Source: Candidatus Saccharimonadota bacterium
GTDB taxonomy: Bacteria; Bacteroidota; Bacteroidia; Cytophagales; Amoebophilaceae
Assembly: GCF_003351905.1 (NCBI RefSeq)
Contig: NZ_CP022339.1
Location: 690,001-722,000, forward strand
Length of the DNA: 32,000 bases
Direction: 5' to 3'
Part shown: positions 9,700 through 18,062 of the stretch, piece after piece
How positions within the stretch are numbered: the stretch's first letter is position 1
How the letters are laid out: each line of letters begins with the position of its first letter
Notes under the pieces: model-generated
Databases searched by the model: none
What the model was told of the DNA's origin: nothing
Seen by the model: only the letters and a program-made list of their open reading frames with translations
Position numbers and translations under genes: made by a program

Positions 9700-10104
9700 T
9701 TATTTGTTAAAAATAGGATGGTAGCCATATTGAATCGTTTCTTCTATATCTAATTTTTTAACCTTATAACTTACATTAATATCGATGGCCCCTTCTCCAT
9801 CGTTTGGCGTGGTCAGTTGGACATCTAGGGCTTCTACTCTGGGTTCATGTTCTGTAATGGTTTGCTTGATGTTATTCACCATAAAAGTTTCTAGGTTCAG
9901 ATCTAATTGTTGAAAGGCAAGGGGTGTCAGATCACAACCATATTGCTGTTCTACAATGCGTTCACCCACTCTAGTACGCATTAAGATGATTAAACTTTCT
10001 CGGATATCGCTCAATCCGTTGACCATTTCTACTGTGCTGCTATGGTGATTAAAAGAAGGTGGAAACTTCCATCCTATACCCAAGAAATTGTTGTCATCTT
10101 CCAT
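9700..10104 (-). CDS. Baseplate wedge protein, gp25/GPW family (Afp9 / TssE-like)
   Basis: 134 aa. The pattern GIGWKFPPSF...SDIRESLIILMRTRVGERIVEQQYGCDLTPLAFQ is the characteristic gp25 pattern (G.G..FP ... T..GER...P.fG). Size and position beside PAAR and VgrG fit. Confidence 0.8.
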   Translation of the reverse strand: MEDDNNFLGIGWKFPPSFNHHSSTVEMVNGLSDIRESLIILMRTRVGERIVEQQYGCDLTPLAFQQLDLNLETFMVNNIKQTITEHEPRVEALDVQLTTPNDGEGAIDINVSYKVKKLDIEETIQYGYHPIFNK

Positions 10105-10137
10105 ATGTGCATTTTCTATTGGTTGATTAGTATACTT

Positions 10138-10455
10138 TTACCCACTAATTATTACGGTAGCGCACCCTTGTACTATCATGCCACCCATACTGGTTGTATC
10201 GCCTAAGCGTGCCGCTGGTTTTTTATCTATTAGAACGTTGGAAGATCCTTTTACAATGGTATCCTGATGGGGTGGGGGGCCACTACAAATCAACTTGTCT
10301 CCCACTCTTGCTGCAGGAAGGTTATTTATAAAAACATTAGGACAACCCAATATAATTATAATTATTCCTCCATTCACATGAGGTGCAGGTGGAGTACCTG
10401 GCGTTACCATAGGGCACATATGCTTATTTGATAATACAGCTGCAGGTTGTTTCAT
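10138..10455 (-). CDS. PAAR-repeat spike-tip protein (Afp10-like)
   Basis: 105 aa with explicit motifs LPAARVGD and KPAARLGD, plus a degenerate first copy QPAAVLSN. It has the Gly/Pro/Cys-rich small cone-protein composition. Confidence 0.85.
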   Translation of the reverse strand: MKQPAAVLSNKHMCPMVTPGTPPAPHVNGGIIIIILGCPNVFINNLPAARVGDKLICSGPPPHQDTIVKGSSNVLIDKKPAARLGDTTSMGGMIVQGCATVIISG

Positions 10456-10512
10456 AGTGTGCTCTATTAATTATATATGATGTAAGTATTAAGAATCTAC
10501 AAAATAATTCTA

Positions 10513-12306
10513 TTAATTAATTAATACGGTTGTACCTTTAATAATCGTAACCATATCAGATTTGACTTCTGTACTGGCATTGCCATTTAAAACAGCCTTC
10601 ATAGAAGCTTTTGCATTGATATTCAGGCTCTTCAAGTTTATATTTTGTGTACCATTGACCACCACATCTTTGCCTGACTTTATGGTGATACTAGCCCTTG
10701 CATTCAAGTTAATATCTTTACTGCTGGTTAGGTTGATGCCATCGTTGCTTAACACTACTTTGTTGCCATTCTGGTCTACCATTTCAATGCTTTTTTTCTT
10801 ATCTGATATTTGTATCAGCCCTCCTTTGGGTGTTTTAATAATGATTTCAGGACCTTCTTTATCATCATGGAAACTAAACTCTAATTTTTCTTTAGAAATA
10901 AATGATTTAAAAGAATTTTTAGGGTCTACTGTTTTAGGTGGTACATGCTTGTTACTATGCAGGGAGCCTAGAATAATAGGAAATCGAATGTCGTCGTTTA
11001 CGAAGCCTACTACCACTTCATCTTCCAATTCCGGGATAAAAAAAGCACCTGATGCTTGTGTAGCATAAAATGAAGCTAGACGACACCAAATGCCCTCTTT
11101 GGGTTTATCTTGTACTAAAGGCAAATGTACCAAAATCCGATTCTGTTTTTGAGGATCTTGTGTAATCTGTTTGACGATACCAAGCTGTAACCCATATATA
11201 GGGGGCATCATACCTGCTGCTGGCAGTGCACCGATGTCACGGTATTGGTACATATAGCGTTGTGCCTCTAACCCTAAGGTTAATATGGTTTGCCAGTTGC
11301 CATCTGATATAATATGTTGCACACCCGATACATACGCATTGCCTGCAAAGTGACTGGCTCCTTTTTCAATGGTGATCAGTCCATCATGGCGCAATGCAGC
11401 ATTGCCTGAAACGGTAACGCGTCCTTTGATTTTAGCGATTCTACTTCGGTTTAGTAAGCCAGTGGCCAACGTTTTGATTTCCGAAGGATCTAGTACCCCA
11501 CCGTGGGATATGGCCACGCTACCTGGTTGGGCAGCAGCAGTTAATTTTTTATAGGAAAGGTCTCCCATAGACTGTTCTCCTGGATCATTGGCTTGTTCAA
11601 TAATTTTATTTTGCTTATTACTATCCCAGGAGAGGGCAGTAACAGCTGACCATGGGTTTTTTGCATCTATTTCAGCATCGAAGTCAATAAAGTCGGCTCC
11701 ATAGGTATAGGTAAAAGCACCTTTGCCAGTTGCTTTTGGTTTTTTGACTGTAAGGGTTCCATCATTTACTACTACGATTTGTCCATTTGCCTCGGCGCGA
11801 ATATTGAGGAAGTCCCAATCTGATATTTCGTGCTGTGCAATATTTTCATGTACAATAGTGGTCGCTTCAATTTTATGGCTTAGGCCACTATAACTACCCA
11901 AAATCTTTTTTAAAAGATCACTATCCTTACTTTTTACAAAATGTTTCGTTTTAGGCGCAAGAGTGGTTTTATAGGCCGCATCTCTACAAGTTACAGTCAA
12001 GGTAGACCATCCCGTTGACCTAGACTGAATGGCTAATTTGGCCACTACGCCCTCGAATAACTGCTCTAATCCATCTCCATGACCGGCGTGTATGGTAACC
12101 GTAGTACCAATGGTAAAGGTTTTATCATTGGCTATAGAAAAAGTTTGTGACTGCATGCTGCCATCATGCAAAACTATTTTTGCATAAGGGATTTTGTTGA
12201 TTCTTTTATCCACCATGATGGATTGTATAGGGTAATTGGCATCTAGGTTTTTAGAACCTACCTTGATGGCGTACTTAATAAAATCACCTGAAAAAGCTGT
12301 TGCCAT
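10513..12306 (-). CDS. vgrG: VgrG-like spike protein (gp27-gp5 fusion type, Afp8-like)
   Basis: There is a gp5 OB-fold/gpV block GIWCRLASFYATQASGAFFIPELEDEVVVGFVNDDIRFPIILGSLHS. C-terminal beta-helix-like repeats follow (NGNKVVLSNDGINLTSSKDINLNARASITIKSGKDVVVNGTQNINLKSLNINAKASM...). The N-terminus MATAFSGDFIKYAIKVGSKNLDANYPIQSIMVDKRINKIPYAKIVLHDGS is typical of the gp27/gpD domain. I placed the start at ATG 12306 (597 aa); the ORF track reaches 12387 through an implausible 27-aa leader. Confidence 0.8.
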   Translation of the reverse strand: MATAFSGDFIKYAIKVGSKNLDANYPIQSIMVDKRINKIPYAKIVLHDGSMQSQTFSIANDKTFTIGTTVTIHAGHGDGLEQLFEGVVAKLAIQSRSTGWSTLTVTCRDAAYKTTLAPKTKHFVKSKDSDLLKKILGSYSGLSHKIEATTIVHENIAQHEISDWDFLNIRAEANGQIVVVNDGTLTVKKPKATGKGAFTYTYGADFIDFDAEIDAKNPWSAVTALSWDSNKQNKIIEQANDPGEQSMGDLSYKKLTAAAQPGSVAISHGGVLDPSEIKTLATGLLNRSRIAKIKGRVTVSGNAALRHDGLITIEKGASHFAGNAYVSGVQHIISDGNWQTILTLGLEAQRYMYQYRDIGALPAAGMMPPIYGLQLGIVKQITQDPQKQNRILVHLPLVQDKPKEGIWCRLASFYATQASGAFFIPELEDEVVVGFVNDDIRFPIILGSLHSNKHVPPKTVDPKNSFKSFISKEKLEFSFHDDKEGPEIIIKTPKGGLIQISDKKKSIEMVDQNGNKVVLSNDGINLTSSKDINLNARASITIKSGKDVVVNGTQNINLKSLNINAKASMKAVLNGNASTEVKSDMVTIIKGTTVLIN

Positions 12307-12682
12307 GGAGATAAAGGAATAAAGCAAAGAAAAATATGGTTTAGATTGTGCCCACTTAAAATAAAAATATACCACTGGTGGTTCCAATCATTTCTACACC
12401 TTGTATATGTCTACTGACTTATTGCTCAGATAACCTAGCCGAATAGATAAGGTAGGATCAATAAAACAAAATAGACTGTACCAGATTAGTTCTGTGACCA
12501 AAGTTTAAAGGTGTTAGATCCCTCAACAGTAGCAATAAAATAAATAAAGGATAAAATTCCAAAAAGATGGACCAATAAACGTTGGTTTGGAATGTAAAGC
12601 ACAGATGTATAAGTGCTCATGTAAACGCTTTGTATTTTATTTGCTGCTGCAAGATTTATCCCTTTCAAGCCCACTGGCTCTG

Positions 12683-14086
12683 CTAACAGGGCACGTGGCC
12701 TGGGGTACGTGGAAATGGAATGACATCACGTATGTTTTCCATTCCTGTTACAAACAATACAAATCGGTCCAGACCTAAACCAAATCCGCTATGGGGTATC
12801 GTTCCAAAGCGTCTGGTGTCCAGATACCAGTTCAAATTTTGAATACCGGTACGTTGCATTACGGCTGTCAAGTAATCCATGCGTTCTTCTCTTTGGGAGC
12901 CTCCAATAATTTCGCCTACGCCAGGGAAAAGTATATCCATAGCGGCTACCGTTTTTCCATCATCATTTTGGCGCATATAAAAGGCCTTGATAGCTTTTGG
13001 ATAATCGGTTACTACTACAGGTCTTTTAAAATGATGCTCTACTAAATAACGCTCATGTTCCGATTGGAGGTCCATGCCCCAACCGGTAATAGGATAGACA
13101 AATTGACTATGCTTATTGGATGCCGTTAAAATAGCAATGGCTTCTGTATAGGTAATATGGGCGAAAGGTTGTTCTAGTACGAACTGCAACCGTTCCAATA
13201 GTGTCATGGTTGCCTCTTCTGCATTGCTATGGCTCAGCAAGCGTTGGTTTAAAAAATCAAGCTCGTCTGGGCATGTTTTAAGTACATAGTCTAATAAAAA
13301 TTTTAACAACGCTTCTGCAAGCGCAATCGTATCGTCCAGCGTATGAAAGGCTACCTCTGGTTCAACCATCCAGAACTCTGCTAGGTGTCTGGTTGTATTC
13401 GAATTTTCTGCTCTGAAAGTGGGGCCAAAAGTATAGACCGCTCCTAGTCCCATGGCAGCTGCTTCTGCCGCAAGCTGGCCAGAAACGGTTAAGTTGGTAG
13501 CGGTATGAAAAAAGTCTGCGCTATAATCCATACTACCATCTGGATGTTTAGGTGGTGTCTCTAAGGTGGTTACACGGAACAATTCCCCTGCACCTTCTGC
13601 ATCTGCTGCAGTAATAATAGGCGTATGGAGGTAAAAGAAACCACGTTCGTGAAAAAAATGGTGAATGGCATAACTAATGGCATGCCTGATGCGAAACACG
13701 GCACCAAAAGTATTGGTGCGAAATCGAAGGTGTGCCCATGTACGTAGAAATTCCAGTGAATGCGCCTTGGGTTGCAATGGGTAGTCTAGCGCATTACCCA
13801 GTAGGGTTAGGTGATGACCATCTAATTCTACCGATTGGTTGGCACCTTTTGAAGCTACCAAACGGCCAGAGACCGCAACACTAGACCCTGTAACCAGCTG
13901 GCTTAGCAGCTCTTTGGGGAGTTCAGAAGGGGACATTACTACCTGTAAACTTTGCTGACAAGAACCATCATTAAGCGTAAGAAACACAACCTGTTTATTG
14001 ATCCGTTTGGTGCGGATCCAGCCCTTGGCTTCAACTTGTGCACCTACTGTGCCAAATTGTAAAAGTTCTTTAATTTTGGTATGCAA
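12683..14086 (-). CDS. asnS: Asparagine--tRNA ligase
   Basis: 467 aa. It has an N-terminal OB anticodon-binding region (VEAKGWIRTKR) and class II motifs including FRAENSNTTRHLAEFWMVEPEVAF and GFGLGLDRFV. The start codon at 14086 is TTG. Confidence 0.9.
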   Translation of the reverse strand: MHTKIKELLQFGTVGAQVEAKGWIRTKRINKQVVFLTLNDGSCQQSLQVVMSPSELPKELLSQLVTGSSVAVSGRLVASKGANQSVELDGHHLTLLGNALDYPLQPKAHSLEFLRTWAHLRFRTNTFGAVFRIRHAISYAIHHFFHERGFFYLHTPIITAADAEGAGELFRVTTLETPPKHPDGSMDYSADFFHTATNLTVSGQLAAEAAAMGLGAVYTFGPTFRAENSNTTRHLAEFWMVEPEVAFHTLDDTIALAEALLKFLLDYVLKTCPDELDFLNQRLLSHSNAEEATMTLLERLQFVLEQPFAHITYTEAIAILTASNKHSQFVYPITGWGMDLQSEHERYLVEHHFKRPVVVTDYPKAIKAFYMRQNDDGKTVAAMDILFPGVGEIIGGSQREERMDYLTAVMQRTGIQNLNWYLDTRRFGTIPHSGFGLGLDRFVLFVTGMENIRDVIPFPRTPGHVPC

Positions 14087-14186
14087 TGTATTCTTTTTTT
14101 AGATTAAAAATTAATGCTTGTATAGCTATGTGTCTAGCAGGGCCTAATCTATAAATAGTTTTTATTTAATCCAACTGAACGCACAG

Positions 14187-15599
14187 ATGCAAAAGTTACA
14201 ATTAGAGCAAAAGTTAACGCAGCGGTTATCTGGACAACAAATTCAATTTATTAAGCTATTGCAAGTGCCTACTATTGCACTCAATGACTACATCTCAAAA
14301 GAGGTCACCGCTAACCCTTTGCTAGATGAAGAAAGAGAGGGAGAAGATCAAGATGCAGCAGCTACTGTATCAGAATCATTGGTTCAGGATCTTCCTGACT
14401 ATCGTTCAACGGATGTAAAGCTATACAAAACACAAACTACTCGGGACCTTTGGACCCCAGCTGTCGTTTCACTTCAAGAAAAGTTAAAAGAGCAACTGCA
14501 TTTACTCCATTTAAATCCAGTAGGCTATATCATAGGCGAGCATCTGATTGGTAGTTTGGATCAAGATGGTTACCTACAATGTGATCTAGAAATTGTTGTA
14601 CAAGATCTTCATGTAATCCATTATTTAGAACTTTCTCTACAAGAGGTAGCGGCAGTATTAACTGCTATTCAGCATTTCGATCCACCTGGTATTGCAGCTA
14701 GGAATCTGCAGGAATGTTTGTGCATACAGCTGCAAGGACAAGACCAGCAAGATCCAATTATTCAATTGGCACAGCGTGTGGTCAGTAGTTGTTTTGAAGC
14801 CCTTACTAAGAAGCATTATGAGACCATAGTGAAAAAATTAGGTGTGACAGATAGGCCGCTCTTGAAAGAGGCCCTAGCCCATATTGCTCGATTGAATCCC
14901 AGACCAGGGCGCCATCATAATGGAATAGATGATACCAGTGATTACCTTACACCAGACTTTATAATCGTAGAAAATCAAGGGAAACTTACTGCTGAATTGA
15001 TCCATTATCCGGTATACAAGCCGCGCTTTAATAAAAAATATCTTGCGTTGTTAGAAAGTTATGAGCAAAACAAACAACAGGATGTAGCAAGCCAAGAGAT
15101 GATTGCTTTTTTGAAAAAAAAACTAGAGCATGCTAAGTGGTTTATGGAGGCGCTTGGTCAACGGAGCCAAACCCTTTTAAAGGCCATGAACGCAATTTTA
15201 GCATTGCAATATGCTTTCTTTTTAGAAGGGGAAGAAACAGATCGATTAAAGCCAATGGTTTTGCAGCATGTAGCTGATAAGGTTGGTATGGATGCTTCTA
15301 CTATTTCAAGGATTGTTAACCAAAAATCAGTCCAAGGCAAATTTGGTGTGTATCCACTAAAATTTTTCTTTTCTGAAGGCATCAGTAAAGCTACCGGAGA
15401 GGATATCAGCAATAAAGTGGTAAAAAATAGAATTTTAGAATTAATTGATAGTGAAGATAAACAAAACCCTTATTCAGATGAACAGATCGTAGCTATATTG
15501 ATAGGTGAGGGCTATAATGTGGCACGCCGTACCGTAACGAAGTATAGAAAACAGTTGGATCTACCTGTTGCTAGGTTGCGGAAGGCATTGCTAACATGA
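14187..15599 (+). CDS. rpoN: RNA polymerase sigma-54 factor
   Basis: 470 aa. The N-terminal Gln/Leu-rich region I is MQKLQLEQKLTQRLSGQQIQFIKLLQ. The C-terminal RpoN box is ARRTVTKYR. Confidence 0.9.
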   Translation: MQKLQLEQKLTQRLSGQQIQFIKLLQVPTIALNDYISKEVTANPLLDEEREGEDQDAAATVSESLVQDLPDYRSTDVKLYKTQTTRDLWTPAVVSLQEKLKEQLHLLHLNPVGYIIGEHLIGSLDQDGYLQCDLEIVVQDLHVIHYLELSLQEVAAVLTAIQHFDPPGIAARNLQECLCIQLQGQDQQDPIIQLAQRVVSSCFEALTKKHYETIVKKLGVTDRPLLKEALAHIARLNPRPGRHHNGIDDTSDYLTPDFIIVENQGKLTAELIHYPVYKPRFNKKYLALLESYEQNKQQDVASQEMIAFLKKKLEHAKWFMEALGQRSQTLLKAMNAILALQYAFFLEGEETDRLKPMVLQHVADKVGMDASTISRIVNQKSVQGKFGVYPLKFFFSEGISKATGEDISNKVVKNRILELIDSEDKQNPYSDEQIVAILIGEGYNVARRTVTKYRKQLDLPVARLRKALLT

Positions 15600-15672
15600 A
15601 ATCTGTTATGATGCTAGTGTGCTGAAGACATATCTATGGTCGTTTATGGGCCATCTGTATAGGTTTAAATGG

Positions 15673-16293
15673 TTAGCCCAGTAAGTTGCACCCGATTCTT
15701 AATGTAATTTGCTGAGGTCTATAGGGCTTATCTCCACCCGATAGCGCAGCACTTATAAACTTTCTAGCTACTGATAAGTGCGCAAATTCCCAAGAGCCAT
15801 CTATTAAAAGAGGGCCTAGGTCTATACCCAAACCTAAGAGGTAGCCATTGATCTTTTTTCTATAGCTTTCTATAAGGTGATTACCTCTAAGGTCTCCATC
15901 ATCTAAACCAGTCAAAGGTATCCGAAAAATAAAGCCAATATGAGGGCGCAGGAGACCAAACAAAGGAACGCCAATCGTCAAGGGTAGGGTAATATGTTTG
16001 AAATGGTTTCGATCAAGCTTATGGGGCAGCTTATGCCAATCTAATACAAACAAGCCATCTAACTTGGCATATAGGAGCCAAAAGTCTAGACTTGCAAATC
16101 CTCCCATCTGCAATGCGAAGTTGTGGATAGTTGTTTTTTGGGTGGTCTGTTTTGAGCCAAAGCTACTATAAAATCCAGTTATACCCAGAGATGGCCCTAT
16201 AGCCCATCCAATAGCGTTAGAGGGATGGGCCACAAGCATATAGACTAGCGCGCAAAGGCCCAGGATGTATTTTTTTATGTTGGTTACTTTCAT
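15673..16293 (-). CDS. Putative outer-membrane beta-barrel protein with signal peptide
   Basis: From ATG 16293 the signal-like N-terminus is MKVTNIKKYILGLCALVYMLVAHPSNA. An alternating Gly/aromatic-rich sequence follows. The ORF-track GTG at 16305 adds 4 aa. I recognise no specific family. Confidence 0.4.
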   Translation of the reverse strand: MKVTNIKKYILGLCALVYMLVAHPSNAIGWAIGPSLGITGFYSSFGSKQTTQKTTIHNFALQMGGFASLDFWLLYAKLDGLFVLDWHKLPHKLDRNHFKHITLPLTIGVPLFGLLRPHIGFIFRIPLTGLDDGDLRGNHLIESYRKKINGYLLGLGIDLGPLLIDGSWEFAHLSVARKFISAALSGGDKPYRPQQITLRIGCNLLG

Positions 16294-16315
16294 GCCAATG
16301 ATCACTGTTGTGTTG

Positions 16316-16370
16316 AAAAAAACTACCGACCTCTGTTCGCTTTAAAGTTACCTTTTAGCGATGGAGGTCG
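16316..16370 (-). terminator. Rho-independent terminator after secG
   Basis: An extended imperfect hairpin spans 16327-16370. Its outer stem is cgacctc/gaggtcg, with inner stems tcgct/agcga and aaag/cttt. On the minus strand it is followed 4 nt later by a T7 run (A-run 16316-16322 on plus). Confidence 0.55.
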
Positions 16371-16389
16371 CTGCATTAGCGATAGCTAG

Positions 16390-16722
16390 CTAATCCTTTA
16401 TCGTGTCATTATTGGTAGTGTTTGGTGGGACTGTGGTCTGTAAGGTTTGCTGCGCTTGAGCCAGATTGGGACTTATATTTGACTGTGATGCACCTTTAAG
16501 AAAAATAGAAGACAAGAGGGTTAAGAAGAGCAATAACCCTACTAGTACCCAGGTGGTTTTTTCTAGAAAATCTGCTTTTTGATTAATGCCAATACGTTGT
16601 ATAGAAGCTGCACCTCCACCTGAAGGCGTAATCCGCTCCTTAGGCTCCTGCAGTAAGATGGTGCCAATCAAGAGAATGGCTACAATAATAATAAGTACAG
16701 TAAGTAAATTGAATACAGACAT
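16390..16722 (-). CDS. secG: Preprotein translocase subunit SecG
   Basis: 110 aa with two TM helices: MSVFNLLTVLIIIVAILLIGTILLQ...GGGAAS...KTTWVLVGLLLFLTLLSSIF. This is the typical SecG layout, and it sits downstream of lptE as is usual in Bacteroidota. Confidence 0.8.
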   Translation of the reverse strand: MSVFNLLTVLIIIVAILLIGTILLQEPKERITPSGGGAASIQRIGINQKADFLEKTTWVLVGLLLFLTLLSSIFLKGASQSNISPNLAQAQQTLQTTVPPNTTNNDTIKD

Positions 16723-16724
16723 AA

Positions 16725-17360
16725 CTATAGATCACGATTTAGGCTAGAGATAATACCTTGAATATACGATTTTTTTTCAGGATATTTGGACATTAGGTGT
16801 GTATAAATTTCAATCGCACGTTTGTATTTTTTTTGTTGGATCATGATTCTAGCTAATGTTTCAGTAGCAAAGCGATCATGTAAAGTAGTACCTTGCTCGG
16901 ACAGATCTATAGATACTTCTTCTGTTAATGGCACTACTTCGACAAAGGGATCAAACTGCAAATTTCTATTTAAAATAGTGTCTATAACAGAAAACTGTTT
17001 GATACTATTTTCATTTGTACTCTTTTTAAGTGACTTTTTAGCAATTATTTCTAAATAATTATTAACGGCACTAGATGTTTCCTGTGTGGATTTAGTATGC
17101 GCGTTTCGGACTATGGGTGGTATAGCAAGTTTGTTTTCCAACCATTTACGCAAATGGGTGCGATCAATGGCGTAGGTAGCAGCTCTTTGCACTACATGTT
17201 TTTCTATATCTTGCTCTTGCCTATAGACTGCTTTGGCAAGGAGTCCATGGGCTAAGTAAAAATAGGGGTATTTCTGTATAAGCGCCTCTAGATCGCGTAG
17301 ATCTGCTGGCGAAAGCGTTTCAGGTTGCTCCAGTAATTTTAATAGTTTTTGAACATGCAT
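16725..17360 (-). CDS. Conserved hypothetical protein with C-terminal TPR-like helix pair
   Basis: 211 aa. The C-terminus ETLARIMIQQKKYKRAIEIYTHLMSKYPEKKSYIQ looks like a single TPR motif. It is tightly packed, 2 nt from secG. Confidence 0.5.
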   Translation of the reverse strand: MHVQKLLKLLEQPETLSPADLRDLEALIQKYPYFYLAHGLLAKAVYRQEQDIEKHVVQRAATYAIDRTHLRKWLENKLAIPPIVRNAHTKSTQETSSAVNNYLEIIAKKSLKKSTNENSIKQFSVIDTILNRNLQFDPFVEVVPLTEEVSIDLSEQGTTLHDRFATETLARIMIQQKKYKRAIEIYTHLMSKYPEKKSYIQGIISSLNRDL

Positions 17361-17528
17361 GGTAGAAACAATTTCAATAGACTTCTTTTATGCAACGCGT
17401 TGATACAGAGGAATTTGTAGCAGACACAGTACGCAAAACCGCAGCATACCAGCTGTATGTGAGGCTGTTAGTACCGGATCAGTGTGCAAAATTACCAGTA
17501 AAAGTAGCGTTTTGAACAAAGCCTCATC

Positions 17529-18062
17529 TTACCAGTTATCTATGGACTTGCTACAAATATCATCCACTAGTTTATTAAAAATTTCTTTAATCAATTCAGG
17601 TTCTTTTTCTAATTTATTTTCAGTTGAAAGCATATCAGCGCTAGCTGAAAATTGTTTTTTCTTAAATGAAGATTCCTCATCAATAAGATTCAAGTAAGCA
17701 ACTTCTATAGTTATGGTTAAACGCTGTACTTCTTTTAGGTTATTACCTTGCTCATTTTTTGTACTGAAGGCTGTAGTATATGAAAATGATTTAATAATGC
17801 CTTCGTATTGTATGTTACCATCTTTTTCTTCTCGGGTTAGCGATGTGGTACGTGATATTTTGGTTATAAGTGCTTCAGTAAGTTTTTGGGGCATATCTAT
17901 TGGACCCTCTGTCACCTCTGTATAAAACGCCTGAACAGAAAAGGTCTTTATATCGCGAGAAAGCGAAGTGTCTAAGAAAGTAAAAAGACCACAACTGTGT
18001 AACCCTAGTAAACTAAAAACAAGGTATAGACTATTGGTTAAAATCGGACGCTTCAATTTCAT
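17529..18062 (-). CDS. lptE: LptE-like LPS-assembly lipoprotein
   Basis: 177 aa. The lipobox is LLGLHSCG and the C-terminus is IFNKLVDDICSKSIDNW. It occupies the conserved Bacteroidota position between the sigma-54 activator and secG. It overlaps the upstream gene by 32 nt. Confidence 0.6.
   Translation of the reverse strand: MKLKRPILTNSLYLVFSLLGLHSCGLFTFLDTSLSRDIKTFSVQAFYTEVTEGPIDMPQKLTEALITKISRTTSLTREEKDGNIQYEGIIKSFSYTTAFSTKNEQGNNLKEVQRLTITIEVAYLNLIDEESSFKKKQFSASADMLSTENKLEKEPELIKEIFNKLVDDICSKSIDNW

Noticed and set aside
10562-11068. Long antisense or shadow ORFs inside large genes. Examples are 10562..11068 and 11369..11554 in vgrG, 8406..8606 and 9195..9401 in the J-like gene, 23197..23388 and 23659..23991 in rmuC, and 25408..27600 (several) in fusA/rpsG. 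Others are 21311..21629 and 22142..22533 in acs, 12791..13045 in asnS, 15158..15412 in rpoN, 16822..17058, 17482..17925, 2161..2349, 4312..4536, 4859..5137, 28902..29231 and 30376..30722.
   Set aside because: Each is fully embedded in a gene with strong family signatures. All have low-complexity or odd composition and no recognisable motifs, which is typical shadow-frame artefact.
1742-12400. An impression that the FAD oxidoreductase, symporter pseudogene and injection module form a low-GC island relative to the housekeeping genes.
   Set aside because: My hand counts of individual 60-nt lines ranged from roughly 27% to 50% inside the putative island. They ranged from roughly 33% to 57% outside it, with heavy overlap. 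I cannot support a boundary without a proper sliding-window calculation.
12486-12674. A 62-aa minus-strand ORF in the asnS-vgrG spacer that might be a small accessory protein of the injection module.
   Set aside because: It has no motif and an odd composition, and it overlaps another equally weak ORF on the plus strand (12587..12778). Known modules have a ~230-aa LysM/Afp7-type gene here, which this ORF does not resemble.
14039-14054. The best sigma-54-like match in the window is on the minus strand: TGGCACAGTAGGTGCA (perfect TGGCAC, GG-N10-GC spacing).
   Set aside because: It lies 32-47 nt inside the asnS coding sequence in the sense orientation, so it would only make a truncated asnS transcript. 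It is most likely a chance match in coding DNA.
17361-17528. A 168-bp spacer between lptE and the TPR-like ORF whose minus strand contains tgatccggtactaacagcc, vaguely reminiscent of the SRP RNA domain IV sequence GGUCCGGAAGGAAGCAGCC.
   Set aside because: The GGAA tetraloop and its closing base pairs are absent, and the flanks do not form the long SRP helix. I found no RNA gene here.
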